From an uncultured archaeon (GTDB lineage Archaea > Thermoproteota > Nitrososphaeria > Nitrososphaerales > Gagatemarchaeaceae), in NCBI GenBank assembly GCA_963817525.1, contig CAWFOU010000007.1:1-64000 (forward strand): 64,000 nt of DNA, read 5' to 3'. Shown here piece by piece: positions 28,316 through 38,599 of the stretch. A program made the position numbers and the translations under genes. The notes beneath the pieces were generated by a model. It saw nothing but the letters and a program-made list of their open reading frames with translations, was not told where the DNA came from and searched no databases. Positions within the stretch are counted from its first letter, which is position 1, and every line of letters starts with the position of its first letter.

Positions 28316-28894
28316 ATGAGTCTGGCTTTTCCGGCGCTTGCGACCGGGACCCCGTTCCCGCACTTCATCTCTGGACTCGGCGGCTCGGTCTTCGCCCTCG
28401 TCCTCGCCCTGGTCGCCCTCGCCCTGATCTTCGCGGGCCGCGAGGTGATCAAGGGGCTGGCCTTCCTGGTCGTCGGCCTCGCCGTGGCCGCGTTCGGAGT
28501 CGCGACGGGAGGCGTACTGCTGGGGGTGGTCGGCGCGATCATCGGCGGCGTCGCGGGCTTCCTCGTCGGCGGCCTGATAGGCCTCCTCCTGGTCGACTTT
28601 GGGATGGGGCTGGCGCTCGGGTACTTCGCGTACCTGGCGACCCGCTACCTGACCCACTCTCTCATCCTTGCCGTAGTGGTGGGGATCGTCCTGTTCTTCG
28701 TCGGGGTCGCCATCTCGAGCAAGCTCCTGGAGCTCGTCACCGCGGCGATTGGAGGGCTCGTCCTCTACAGCGTCCTAGTGTTCTTCGGCGTGACGCCCTT
28801 CGACTCCGCGGTTGTCTCAATCCTCCTTGCCGTCGTGGGCTTCTTCGTGCAGCGGAGCAGGCGCCGACGGGGAGAGCGCTGGCGGCAGATGTGA
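28316..28894 (+). CDS. Multi-TM membrane protein, DUF4203-like
   Basis: Gly-rich hydrophobic helices, ending ...GFFVQ. Confidence 0.75.
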   Translation: MSLAFPALATGTPFPHFISGLGGSVFALVLALVALALIFAGREVIKGLAFLVVGLAVAAFGVATGGVLLGVVGAIIGGVAGFLVGGLIGLLLVDFGMGLALGYFAYLATRYLTHSLILAVVVGIVLFFVGVAISSKLLELVTAAIGGLVLYSVLVFFGVTPFDSAVVSILLAVVGFFVQRSRRRRGERWRQM

Positions 28895-28903
28895 CCCCGC
28901 CGG

Positions 28904-30205
28904 TCAGTCAAAGCTGAGGGCGTCCTCCGGGTGGTGTGAGGAGACAGCCGGGACCAGGAGGGCGCAGGCCCCAAGACACAGGGCCGCCAGGAAGAAGGTG
29001 GCCAGGAACCCGAAGTAATACGAGAAGTAGCCCGAGACGAGGGAGCCGATCATCGTCGCGACCCCGACCAGGGCGCTGTACACCCCGAGCCTCGAACCCT
29101 GGTTCTTGGCCCCGAGGGTGTTGAAGATCATCGTGTTTGCCGAGGTGTAGTATACCGCATATGCCAGACCTCCCGCGATTGGGTAGAGCACCAGCGTTGC
29201 CCCCAAGTACGATAGCCCCCGAGTGAAACCGATGAAGAGGCCGATGCCCGCGTAGCAGACCAACCTCGCCACGAGCCCCGCGACGGCGGCCTTCCTGAGG
29301 TCTCTCTTCTCGACGTATGGGCCGGCGAAGTAGAAGGAGGCGGTCTGCGCGAAGTTCGCCACCATCACCACGAGGAAGACCTCGCTCGCGCTCAGCCCCG
29401 CGGCCTGAAGGGAGGGGATGAAGGAGGTGTTGAAGAGCCCGCTCGAGACATAGAACACGAAGACGGAGAGGTAGAGGAGCGGGAGCTGCCTCGTCAGGGT
29501 GCTCCTGAGCCCCGTGAACACGCCCTTGAAGTCGACCAGGTTGGGGAGGCGGAGGAAGACGAGTGGGATGGCGATGAGCCTCTGCTGGAGGCTGCGCCTC
29601 TGGAGGACGATGAACTCCCTCTCGAAGGATATGGCAGGCTCCTTGATCATCACCACGGAGAGGGCGGCGGATACGAGGCTGAGCGACGCCAGGGGCACGA
29701 CCAGCAGGGAGATCGGCAGGTAGCTGGACCACGCGATCCCGAGGATCAGGCCCATGGTCGTCCCGACGCTGGAGATCATCGAGAACCTCGCGAACGCCGA
29801 GGCCCAGCGAGACTTGCGCTGGGTCTCCATTATGAGGAGGTTCGCGGGCGTCGCCGAGGCCGACGAGACGAGCGAGAAGAGCGCGTAGACCAGGGCGGCG
29901 CCGGAGATGCTCTTTGCCAGCGGGAGGAGGATGAGGTTGGCCGATACCGCCACGCAGGTCAGGACCAGTATGGTCTTCCTGCTCTGGAAGCGGTCGGTGA
30001 CATAGCCCCAGATGACCGCGGCCGGGATGCTCACCGCGTTGAAGAGGGTTATCGCCAGGCCGACGTCGATGACGGTGCCGTGAAGCTCTAGGATGTAGAG
30101 CTGGATGAGCGTGCTGACGGGCCCGGCCGCGATGTTTACGGGCAGCTGGGAATAGAACCACCGGGTCCCCCGGCCGTCACCCTTGAGCGTCCTCTTGGCC
30201 GTCAT
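28904..30205 (-). CDS. MFS transporter
   Basis: About 12 TM segments; WGYVTDRF.SRK motif A. Confidence 0.88.
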   Translation of the reverse strand: MTAKRTLKGDGRGTRWFYSQLPVNIAAGPVSTLIQLYILELHGTVIDVGLAITLFNAVSIPAAVIWGYVTDRFQSRKTILVLTCVAVSANLILLPLAKSISGAALVYALFSLVSSASATPANLLIMETQRKSRWASAFARFSMISSVGTTMGLILGIAWSSYLPISLLVVPLASLSLVSAALSVVMIKEPAISFEREFIVLQRRSLQQRLIAIPLVFLRLPNLVDFKGVFTGLRSTLTRQLPLLYLSVFVFYVSSGLFNTSFIPSLQAAGLSASEVFLVVMVANFAQTASFYFAGPYVEKRDLRKAAVAGLVARLVCYAGIGLFIGFTRGLSYLGATLVLYPIAGGLAYAVYYTSANTMIFNTLGAKNQGSRLGVYSALVGVATMIGSLVSGYFSYYFGFLATFFLAALCLGACALLVPAVSSHHPEDALSFD

Positions 30206-30371
30206 CCGGTCGGGCGCCTTTCAGCGAGCGAGCCCGAGGCGCGGACTCTTGCCTCCACCGACCGCGCTGGGGGCGACATCACTCAGCCACACCCAAGGGT
30301 CTCGTCTCTTTCCGGTTATAGGTTGCGAGGGCCCCGCAAGACTATAACGGCCCTACTGGAGACGCCGGCGG

Positions 30372-31025
30372 ATGCGCACGAGAGGGAGCAGGGACGCCAG
30401 GCGCCCGATATTCATCTTCGACTTTGGAGGCGTCGTCATAAAGTGGAAGAACAACAACCCCATCTTCGACCACATCGCCGACAGGTACGGGGTGCCGCGC
30501 GCCGAGATGCGGCGCGTATTCGAGCTCGCCCTCCCGACGCTCGAGACCGGGGACGTCTCGATGCGCGACTTCCTAGACGAGGCGCTGGGCAAGTTCGGGA
30601 AGCGGCTCGCGAAGGGAGACTCACCGGACGAGCTTTGGTCGCTGCCCTTCGAGCGGCTCGTGAAGTTCCGTACGGGCACGGTCGAGCTCGTGAGCTCCCT
30701 CAGAAAGAGGGGATACCTGGTGTACCTGTTCTCGAACACCTCGATCCCTCACGCCAAGCTGGTCAGGCGGAAGGGGTGGGACAGGCTCTTCGACGGGTTC
30801 GTAACGTCGTGCAAGCTGCGGAGCATGAAGCCCAGCGCCACCGCCTTCGATAGAGCCCTGACCAGCGTGGGCGCGAAGCCGTCCGAGGTCGCGTTCATCG
30901 ACGACCGGGAGGAGAACGTCAGGGGCGCGAAGGACTATGGGATACGCTGGGCGTTCAGGTTCACGTCGCTTGCGCGGCTGAGAAAGGACGTCTCAAAGGC
31001 GATCGCCGAGGCGGGGACGTCCTAG
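30372..31025 (+). CDS. HAD-family hydrolase
   Basis: FDFGGV, FSNT, KP and FIDD..ENV.GA motifs. Confidence 0.9.
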   Translation: MRTRGSRDARRPIFIFDFGGVVIKWKNNNPIFDHIADRYGVPRAEMRRVFELALPTLETGDVSMRDFLDEALGKFGKRLAKGDSPDELWSLPFERLVKFRTGTVELVSSLRKRGYLVYLFSNTSIPHAKLVRRKGWDRLFDGFVTSCKLRSMKPSATAFDRALTSVGAKPSEVAFIDDREENVRGAKDYGIRWAFRFTSLARLRKDVSKAIAEAGTS

Positions 31026-31624
31026 TAGCCCGCCCTCTCGAGGGTGGCCGCGAGAGCCTCTCCCATCCTCCTGTACCCCTCCACGTCGGGATGAATCCCG
31101 TCGGGGCTGGATGCCAGGAGGTCCGCGTTCGCCTTGTCGTGGACGGCGAGGTTGGTGTCGCAGTAGAGCCTCCCTGGCGCCCTCGACGCCGTCGCCGCCC
31201 ACACGTTGACCTCGCGGATAGCGCTGCGCTCCCTCCTGCCCGCCGAGTTGTACGGGAGGACGGTCGCCGCCACTGGGACGATGCCGTTGCGCTCCGCCAT
31301 GACGTACATCGCCTCCAGGTTGCGCTTTACTGACTCGACCCCCCGCCCCTGGTAGATGTCGTTCACGCCCGCCAGGACGATGACGACCGCCGGTTTCTCC
31401 GCTACGACGTCCCGCTCGAACCTTGAGAGGATCTGGTCAGAGCGCTCGCCGTTTACGCCCCTGTTGAGCACGTACCACTCGGGGTGGGCTTTCATCATCC
31501 AGTAGCAGTACTGGCTCTGCGGGTCTCCTCTCCCCTCGGGGGGCGCCTCGACCGGCGAGAGGAATCCAGGGGTGCCCGCGGTGGTGGAATCCCCCAGTCC
31601 TACGATGGTCCGGCTTTTTGCCAA
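31022..31624 (-). CDS. SGNH/GDSL hydrolase
   Basis: LGDSTTAG, NRGVNG, GVND, DGIHP. Confidence 0.92.
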   Translation of the reverse strand: MAKSRTIVGLGDSTTAGTPGFLSPVEAPPEGRGDPQSQYCYWMMKAHPEWYVLNRGVNGERSDQILSRFERDVVAEKPAVVIVLAGVNDIYQGRGVESVKRNLEAMYVMAERNGIVPVAATVLPYNSAGRRERSAIREVNVWAATASRAPGRLYCDTNLAVHDKANADLLASSPDGIHPDVEGYRRMGEALAATLERAGY

Positions 31625-31767
31625 CGGCTTGCTCGGTCGCTCCCGGGATATCTATCCTTCCTTTCGGGGGCGCTCGCTGAGGCGAGGGCTCGAGAGGCAA
31701 CATTGGTCGTCAAGGTGACGCTGGCGTCAGGCCGAACTCTTTTAAGAGCGGATGCTCGAGAATCGCC

Positions 31768-32058
31768 ATGCCTCTCTTCATCAGACTAACCACCTTTACA
31801 GCCGAGGGCGCCAAGGACCTGGGAAACTTCCCCAAGGGGCGAAGGCAGTTCTTGGAAGCGGCAAAGAAGCTGAAGATCAAGGTCATCTCCGAGTACGTCT
31901 TGACAGGTCGCTACGATATAATGAGCGTCATCGACGCTCCCGACCTCGCGGCAGTCCTCAAGCTCAGCGCGATGATGGCGTCGAGCGGGAGGACGCGCAA
32001 CGAGACGCTCAGCGCCGTTTCGGCTGACGAGTTCGAGAAGATCTCCGAGTCGATCTAG
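31768..32058 (+). CDS. GYD-domain protein
   Basis: MPLFI.L..FT.EG...TGRYD...DAPD...G.T.ETL.A. Confidence 0.85.
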   Translation: MPLFIRLTTFTAEGAKDLGNFPKGRRQFLEAAKKLKIKVISEYVLTGRYDIMSVIDAPDLAAVLKLSAMMASSGRTRNETLSAVSADEFEKISESI

Positions 32059-32133
32059 GAAACTCCATTCGCCCAATCGTCCGCCTTCGTCTCGCACGTT
32101 AGCTGCGCCGAGATTCCTCGGCACAAGGGATTA

Positions 32134-33624
32134 ATGAGGGAGGGGCGTCGGCCACAGGCAATTCGCGGTTGTCCAACAAGGGAAAACTCGGCATCCCCCT
32201 TATCCTCGTGGCAGCCATTTGTGCTCGTCCTCCTTGTGGTCGCGGACGCCGCAGGAGCCTTGACTGGGATTGGACAGACCTCGCCTCCCCTCTCCACGCA
32301 GCCGCTCCAGTCTGCGGGGTGCAACTACACGCTCTCTATGGAAGGGAGTACGGCGGTCGCGGTCTCTTCCGCAGGAAAGGAGACAAAGGCACCCCAGGGA
32401 ACGGATGCTGCCGCGCTCGTCAACTCTCTCCTCGCCTCGCATGAGACACTCTGCTTCACTGCGGGGGACTACTACCTGACCACAGAGATAGCGGTCATGT
32501 ATCTGGAGGGGGTGACGCTGAGCCTCGACGAGGGCGCCGTGCTGAAGGCGACGGCCAACAGGAGCGTCCTGCTCGTCTACGACAGTCCCGATACGGTCGT
32601 GAGAGGGGGAGAGTGGATCGGGCCCGGGATGGGTAACATATCCACGATCAGGATACAGTACGGGAGCAACAACTCGGTCGTCGAGGGGACAGAGGTGACC
32701 AATGCAGGATACAACGGGATCCTCATCTACGATAACGGCCGACCCTCCTTCAACGTCTCCGTCCTGGACAACATCGTCGAGGACAACGGCCGCTACGGCA
32801 TCCAGGAGTTCTCGAACGCCTCCACCCCGATGATGGGGACCGTCATCTCAGGGAACGTCGCCCTCGACAACGCCGACGGCGGCATCTACACCAACGAGAT
32901 AGCGGGGGTCACCATCACAAAGAACTTCGTCTCCAACACGCAGGGGGACGGCCCCGGCGAGATCGGGATAGGGGTGACCAACGGGCACAACGAGACGATA
33001 ACCTTGAACCAGGTGTCCCACATGACCTGGTTCGGGATACAGGCATACTACAACAACTACACGCTCATCTCAGACAACATATCCACCTTCAACGGGGGCT
33101 CCAACGACCAGTCGGGGATAACCAACGACCACAGCTCCTTTGACACGATAGAAGGCAACGTGGTCGAGTCGAACGACAGGTACGGCGTCTACGTGGAAAG
33201 GTCCTGGAACGTCACGGTAAGCGGGAACACCGCGGACGGGAACGGCGGCTATGGGATAGAGTTCTACCACGGCTCGTGGCCTGTGGAAGGGCGCAGCGAC
33301 ATCGTGGGGAACCTGTGCAGCTTCAACAGCCTCGGGGGGATAATCCTGAACTCGGGGATCGACAGCGTCATTTCCATGAACCAGTGCTACAACAACTCGG
33401 GCTACGGGATACTGCTCTACAACGACCCCGGGCAGCTCGGGTCGACAGGGAACCTGGTCTCGGGCAATTGGGTAGGGAACCAGGCCGGGTCGCCTCAGAC
33501 GCAGAGGTTCGGGATCAGCGAGGGGGATGACTCGGGCGACAACACGGTCGTCTCGAACGTGACGTTCAACAACACGGTGGCGGATGTGTCGCTCGTCCCG
33601 CCCCAGAACGCGTCCTCCCCGTGA
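32134..33624 (+). CDS. Secreted right-handed beta-helix protein (NosD/pectin-lyase-like)
   Basis: Repeated GI...N..I..N...N units; hydrophobic N-terminal segment; start uncertain. Confidence 0.8.
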   Translation: MREGRRPQAIRGCPTRENSASPLSSWQPFVLVLLVVADAAGALTGIGQTSPPLSTQPLQSAGCNYTLSMEGSTAVAVSSAGKETKAPQGTDAAALVNSLLASHETLCFTAGDYYLTTEIAVMYLEGVTLSLDEGAVLKATANRSVLLVYDSPDTVVRGGEWIGPGMGNISTIRIQYGSNNSVVEGTEVTNAGYNGILIYDNGRPSFNVSVLDNIVEDNGRYGIQEFSNASTPMMGTVISGNVALDNADGGIYTNEIAGVTITKNFVSNTQGDGPGEIGIGVTNGHNETITLNQVSHMTWFGIQAYYNNYTLISDNISTFNGGSNDQSGITNDHSSFDTIEGNVVESNDRYGVYVERSWNVTVSGNTADGNGGYGIEFYHGSWPVEGRSDIVGNLCSFNSLGGIILNSGIDSVISMNQCYNNSGYGILLYNDPGQLGSTGNLVSGNWVGNQAGSPQTQRFGISEGDDSGDNTVVSNVTFNNTVADVSLVPPQNASSP

Positions 33625-33633
33625 GGGCGCGCC

Positions 33634-34476
33634 TCAGACCTCTTCGGAAAGGCCCGTGAGCGCGCAGCTCAGCTTCCACAGCCGGTCCTGCGCCTCGACG
33701 TCGGCGCTGAGTGCGGAGCTCATCGTCTTCCCGTCGTGGACCAGCGCGCCGGTCGTCCCCTCGAAGTCTGGCGAAGAGGCAAAGTGAACGAGCCCCCTGG
33801 AGGCGCGCTTGGAGGAGACGCCCATGAACACGTTGAGCACGCCCGTTACGGCCCTGACCGCGGTCGGGGCCTTGCGGACGAGCCTCGTTCGGACGAGGCC
33901 GGGATGATACGCGTTGACGGCCACCCGCCTCCCCTGGAGCCTGCGCGCGAGGGCGAAGGTGAACAGCAGGTCGGCTGCCTTGGACGCACCAAAGGCCCCT
34001 ATGGCCCCGAAGGCCTTCTCTCCTTGCAGGTCGTCAAACTCGGGCATTATGGACGAGGGGGCGGAGACGTTGACCACGCGGGAAGGGGCGGCGGCCTCCA
34101 GTTTGGGGATGAGGAGCCGGGTGAGGAGGAAGGGTCCCAGGTAGTTCGTGGCGAACATCAGCTCGAAGCCGTCCGGGGTCACGATGCGCTCGCCCACGAA
34201 CACGGCAGCGTTGTTGACGAGGAGGTCGAGCCTGGGATACTTGGATGAGAAGTCCGCGGCGAGGGCCCGTACCGACGCGGGCGACGAGAGGTCTGCCGTC
34301 ATCAGGGCCGCGGACTGGTTCCCGCTCTCGGACACCACCTTCGCTCGGGCCGCTTTCCCCCTAGCCTCGTCGCGGCAGACCATCACGACGACCGCGCCGA
34401 TCTCCGAGAGGGCCATCGTGGTGGCCCTCCCGATGCCCGAGCTCGCGCCCGTGACCAGGCACACCTTCCCCTTCAT
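33634..34476 (-). CDS. SDR family oxidoreductase
   Basis: VTGASSGIG, LVNNAA, FATNYLGPF; catalytic YxxxK appears as FGASK. Confidence 0.9.
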   Translation of the reverse strand: MKGKVCLVTGASSGIGRATTMALSEIGAVVVMVCRDEARGKAARAKVVSESGNQSAALMTADLSSPASVRALAADFSSKYPRLDLLVNNAAVFVGERIVTPDGFELMFATNYLGPFLLTRLLIPKLEAAAPSRVVNVSAPSSIMPEFDDLQGEKAFGAIGAFGASKAADLLFTFALARRLQGRRVAVNAYHPGLVRTRLVRKAPTAVRAVTGVLNVFMGVSSKRASRGLVHFASSPDFEGTTGALVHDGKTMSSALSADVEAQDRLWKLSCALTGLSEEV

Positions 34477-34593
34477 CTCACCTGCTTCGAGCGTTTGACC
34501 TCAACCTTCTGCGACGCGCCGGCTTATTATTTAGGTTCCAACGGGCCACGAGGACGTCTCGCCTCCCGGAAGGGAACCCGGACCGGTTGAGAG

Positions 34594-34956
34594 CTAGAAG
34601 TCGTCGCCGCCTTCGTCGATGTCCTTCGCCGTGGCGTAGGCGTCGTAGACGCCGTATATCCAGAACAGCGGATAGAGGACGAGTGCGAAGTTGCGGATGG
34701 TTCCCATGCCAAGAAGCGGGGACAGGCATAGGGCCGCTATGATGATGAACAGCACCCCCTTTCGAGGCTCGCCATCGTAGATCTGGCCGAGGCCGGGGAA
34801 TATCGCGGACGCAACAGCCGCGCCGACTAGGCTCTTCTGCTGCCCCGAGGACTGCTGCGATGTCGCGGCCACCGCGCCGCAATTTGGACACCTCTCTGCT
34901 CCCGCGGTCATCTGCGCCCCGCAGCTCGCGCACGTCTTTGTGAGCGAAGAGCTCAA
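34594..34956 (-). CDS. Zinc-ribbon membrane protein
   Basis: CASCG...CPNCG plus S..FPGLGQIY.G...W.Y..YDAY. Confidence 0.8.
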   Translation of the reverse strand: MSSSLTKTCASCGAQMTAGAERCPNCGAVAATSQQSSGQQKSLVGAAVASAIFPGLGQIYDGEPRKGVLFIIIAALCLSPLLGMGTIRNFALVLYPLFWIYGVYDAYATAKDIDEGGDDF

Positions 34957-35145
34957 CTTCTCGCACGGGGTTTTGGTGGGTTTCGTTATTTAAGCGTGGC
35001 TGGCGTCAGCGCTCATCCCGCGCGCTCAGATTGAGTCCCCCGACCTCCGCGGCGGGCTCGCAAGCCTTGCTTGCCCCAATCCCTAGCAAGGCTCGGCATT
35101 CAGAGCCCAATCGTTAAACCTGCGCCCGAGCGAGCCGACCCGGGT

Positions 35146-35619
35146 ATGGGCGAAGAGAAGTTCGAGGTTGCCGCTGCCGACCCGCGCGGCCCGGAAGCCG
35201 CCGAGCTCATCAGGGCTCTGTCCGCCGAGCTGGCACGGAGATACGACTACATGGAGGACGGGTCGGGAGGTTTCGAACCGGAGCACGCCCTAGGCCCAAG
35301 AGGCGCGTTCGTCATCGGCCGCGTCGGAGGGAGGCCCGTCGCCTGCGGCGCAATCCGACCTCTGGGAGGGGAAGTTGCGGAGCTGAAGAGGGTGTACGTC
35401 AACGACGAGTTTCGGGGAAGAGGGTACTCGAAGGTGGTCGTCAAGGAACTGGAGCGTCTCGCCAAGGAGCGGGGGTACAAGGTCATGCGTTTGGAGACGG
35501 GCGTGCGCCAGCCCGAGGCGATTTCTCTCTACGAGAGCCTCGGCTACCACCGGATCCCGAACTACGGGGAGTACCGAGACAGCAGTCTGAGCGTCTGCTA
35601 TGAGAAGACGCTGTCCTAG
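35146..35619 (+). CDS. GNAT acetyltransferase
   Basis: ACGA, AELKRVYV...RGRG, LETG..QPEA..LY...GY. Confidence 0.9.
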   Translation: MGEEKFEVAAADPRGPEAAELIRALSAELARRYDYMEDGSGGFEPEHALGPRGAFVIGRVGGRPVACGAIRPLGGEVAELKRVYVNDEFRGRGYSKVVVKELERLAKERGYKVMRLETGVRQPEAISLYESLGYHRIPNYGEYRDSSLSVCYEKTLS

Positions 35620-35771
35620 AGCTTCTTCCTTAGCTTCTGGCCTGCCTTCTTGACGTCGTGGGCTCCTTTTTCGACCGCCTTCTCGACGTCCTTTCCGGCC
35701 TTCTTCGCGTCGTGACCAACCTTCTTTACGTCCGCGTCGACTCTCTGCCTTCGTTTGCCTTTGGATGACAT
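35616..35771 (-). CDS. 51-aa Lys-rich hydrophilic microprotein (LEA/CsbD-like)
   Basis: MSSKGKRRQRVDADVKKVGHDAKKAGKDVEKAVEKGAHDVKKAGQKLRKKL; TTATAA about 27 nt upstream. Confidence 0.7.
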   Translation of the reverse strand: MSSKGKRRQRVDADVKKVGHDAKKAGKDVEKAVEKGAHDVKKAGQKLRKKL

Positions 35772-35887
35772 CCTAGGGTCTGGGACGAGTATCCGACATT
35801 ATAATGATTCGTGTGCCTCTGGAGTTCGCCGTTCGGAAGTCCGTCACGCCTCTTTTTTAGCGACGCCAGACTTCGGTCTGACCTGAA

Positions 35888-36232
35888 TTGATATCCGGAG
35901 TGCACTTCGTGCTCTACAGCAGGGACGCCGAAGCCGACCGAGAATTCTTCCGCGACGCCCTTAGGCTGTCGAACGTGGACATAGGCGACGGATGGCTCAT
36001 CTTCGCCCTCCCTCCCGCCGAGCTAGCCGTCCATCCGGCGAAGGAGAACGGCGGGCACGAGGTGTACCTGATGTGCGAGGACATCAAGGCGACGATGAGC
36101 GCCTTGAAGCGGATGAAGGTGAAGTGTACCCCGCCTCGTGACCTTGCGTGGGGCAGGCTCACGATGGTCAGGTTGCCTGGAGGAGGCAAGGTGGGCCTGT
36201 ACCAGCCGAAGCACGCTATGGCCAGAAGCTAG
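35888..36232 (+). CDS. VOC/glyoxalase family protein
   Basis: H..LYS.D.EADR.FFRD, GWLIF.LPP.ELAVHP, WG....LPGG...LYQP.H. Confidence 0.88.
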   Translation: MISGVHFVLYSRDAEADREFFRDALRLSNVDIGDGWLIFALPPAELAVHPAKENGGHEVYLMCEDIKATMSALKRMKVKCTPPRDLAWGRLTMVRLPGGGKVGLYQPKHAMARS

Positions 36233-36389
36233 CTGGCCAGCCTGAGCGCTGCCCCGAGGAAGCGAGACTCATCTAGTCCTGCCTCTAACCAAAGGGTTTC
36301 GCATCGTATATACGCATGCTTGGAAAAGCTGCCCGGGGCGAACAAAAACGTCTTCAAGCAACGAACGAGCTGATCGCACGATACTCTCG

Positions 36390-36842
36390 ACGCCCGACAC
36401 AATCGAGCGGCGCCCGTGGGGGTCCTTCTCGGTCTATCTTCAGGGAAAGGTTCCCACCCCGTCCTGGGAGGCGAGCTTCCTCGGGGAGCTCCGGTCGACC
36501 TACCACCCTGAGGGCGAGCTCCTGGCGCACGAGCCCGGCGAGGCGCTCACCGTGAAGATCATCCACGTCTACGCAAAGTCGCGGCTCAGCCTTCAATACC
36601 ACCGCCATCGCACCGAGGAGTGGTATTGTCTCTCCGGCCGCGCATACGCGATCTTCAAGCGCGGCGGCAAGCTCGAAGAGGTGCCCCTCGAGAAGGACTC
36701 GCACGTCGTCGTCCCTAGGTTGATGGTCCATCGCCTCGGCTGCAAGGAAGAGAGCGCGGAGATCCTCGAAGTCTCGAAGGGGGACTTCGACGAGGCCGAC
36801 ATCGTGAGGCTCGAGGACGACTACAGGGTAGTCTCAGGCTGA
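36390..36842 (+). CDS. Cupin protein (mannose-6-phosphate isomerase C-terminal type); start uncertain
   Basis: In-frame ERRPWGSF upstream of VKII.V....LSLQYH.HR.E.W...HRL...EVS.G.FDE.DIVRLEDDY. Confidence 0.8.
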   Translation, partial: TPDTIERRPWGSFSVYLQGKVPTPSWEASFLGELRSTYHPEGELLAHEPGEALTVKIIHVYAKSRLSLQYHRHRTEEWYCLSGRAYAIFKRGGKLEEVPLEKDSHVVVPRLMVHRLGCKEESAEILEVSKGDFDEADIVRLEDDYRVVSG

Positions 36843-36960
36843 CCAGGCCCGGGGCGACGCAAGAGGTCGCGAAGACCGGGCCGCATGCCGACTGGTCTGC
36901 GAAGCGGCCAGCTCTGCGAGCGGCAGCCCGCTTGAATACTTAATCATCACTCAGGTCTAA

Positions 36961-37090
36961 TTATATGTAATTACATTATCCCTTTCGTACCTTCGTCATG
37001 CAAAGGTATGGCTTCCAGAGGCGGCGGATTCTCCGCCACCCTGGGGTCTCTAGCTTACGTGGATCGGGTCGACATCGTGCCGTTGGAGCC
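36961..37090 (+). ncRNA. Candidate promoter plus structured small RNA
   Basis: TTATAT overlapping the palindrome ATGTAATTACAT; then ACCTTCGTCATGCAAAGGTA and nested GC stems. Confidence 0.3.
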
Positions 37091-37301
37091 CTCAAACGCA
37101 AAAGTATTGAAGACGGGAAACCCGGTCTCTCGCCGAATCGCAGCCGAACGCCTTCCGTGAGGCCGGACAGGAAGGAGCTGGTCTTGGGCGGGCGAGGGAT
37201 GTCTTTTGCCTGTGACGGGCAGGATTTGACTTGCTCGCCCTGCTCGGCCACGACTCGACGGCTGGGCGTTCCGCTACTGAGCTTGTCCCTGCAGGAAAAG
37301 A

Positions 37302-38456
37302 CTACGCGAATGCCTGGCGGGCCCACTTCCATACGACTATTCCGATTGCGAGCCCCGCGAGCGCTATCACCAGAATCGTTGCAAGGGCGTCGTCGCCTAT
37401 CCCGGGTATGAGGCTTCCCCGCGACAGTTGACTTGTTGAGGCTACGGCAGAGTTTGCAAATGGCTGGATTTCCGAGACGGTGTCTCCGCCCCCATTGGCC
37501 ACGAATAGCTCATCCTTTGAGGAGTCGTAGGCCACGGCGACGGGACCCGTTCCCACGCTCACCCTCGAGATTGTCTGGAAGGGGGCCGCACCAGAGATGA
37601 CCGAGACGGCGTTGTCATGATAATCGGTGGCGAACAGCTCGCCCGTGGAGGAGTCAACGGCGACCTCTGTGGGGCCGCCCGCCACGTTCACCGTAGCCAC
37701 GACTGCGTCGGTCGCGTCGGAGATGACCGAGATGTTGCCGTCTTGATAATCCGCCACGAAGACGTCACCGTTGGAAGGGTCGTAAGTGATGTCCCAGGGG
37801 CCATTTCCGACGCCGACCGTCTTGACCACGGTATCGTTGGCGTCGGAGATGACCGAGACGGTGTGGTCGCCATAGTTGGTCACGAAGATTTCGCCTTTAG
37901 CGGGATCGTAGGTCACCCCGCGCGGACTATCTCCGACGTCCACCGTAGCCACAATGTCGTTGTTGGCATCAGAGATGACCGAGACCGTTCGGTTGCCGAA
38001 ATTGGAGACGAAGATTTCTCCTGCGGAAGCGTCATAGGCGATGCCGCGAGGACCGGCTCCCACGCCAATTGTTGCGACGACTACGTTGTCGGAGTCGGAG
38101 ATGACGGAAATGGTGTTGTCCAGGCTGTTGGTCACGAAGACCTCTCCCTTCGCGGGATCATAGGCGACGCCAAACGGCCACCTCCCCACACCTACGGTCG
38201 CCACGACCTCGTTGGTGATGTCGGATATCACCGACACTGTGCCAGGCACAAAGGGCGGCCCTAACCAAGCCCCATTCGCGACGAAGATCTCGCCTCTGGC
38301 AGTATCGTAGGCGACGTCCCAGGGATGATTTCCCACGCCCACCGTAGAGACCACGGTTTGGGCGTGCGCGAACGGCGCGACCATTACCGACAATAGAACG
38401 AGGGGCACCAAAAGGCGCGAAGCCACCCCAAAGCGGCTATGCTTGCTCTTGGCCAT
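37302..38456 (-). CDS. YncE/YVTN beta-propeller repeat protein, TM-anchored
   Basis: Seven VG..P.GV.YD..GE.FV.N....VSVISD repeats; signal peptide and C-terminal TM. Confidence 0.9.
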   Translation of the reverse strand: MAKSKHSRFGVASRLLVPLVLLSVMVAPFAHAQTVVSTVGVGNHPWDVAYDTARGEIFVANGAWLGPPFVPGTVSVISDITNEVVATVGVGRWPFGVAYDPAKGEVFVTNSLDNTISVISDSDNVVVATIGVGAGPRGIAYDASAGEIFVSNFGNRTVSVISDANNDIVATVDVGDSPRGVTYDPAKGEIFVTNYGDHTVSVISDANDTVVKTVGVGNGPWDITYDPSNGDVFVADYQDGNISVISDATDAVVATVNVAGGPTEVAVDSSTGELFATDYHDNAVSVISGAAPFQTISRVSVGTGPVAVAYDSSKDELFVANGGGDTVSEIQPFANSAVASTSQLSRGSLIPGIGDDALATILVIALAGLAIGIVVWKWARQAFA

Positions 38457-38599
38457 TGGAGCTCTTGGGCAGGCGAAGGAATAGCAGAATCTCGTCGGGA
38501 AGGGTCTCAGGAGAAAGCCGCGCTGCGGAATCAACTCTCCAAAGCATCACCGGCTCTAGCCGCGCGACTAGTAGTCGAACTTCTGTCCTGTCGTTCTCG

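Noticed and set aside
36841-36897. Nested GC hairpin after the cupin gene, and a similar one at 35054-35108
   Set aside because: Single-copy GC-rich stems next to gene ends, with no second copy or covariation to support an ncRNA call.
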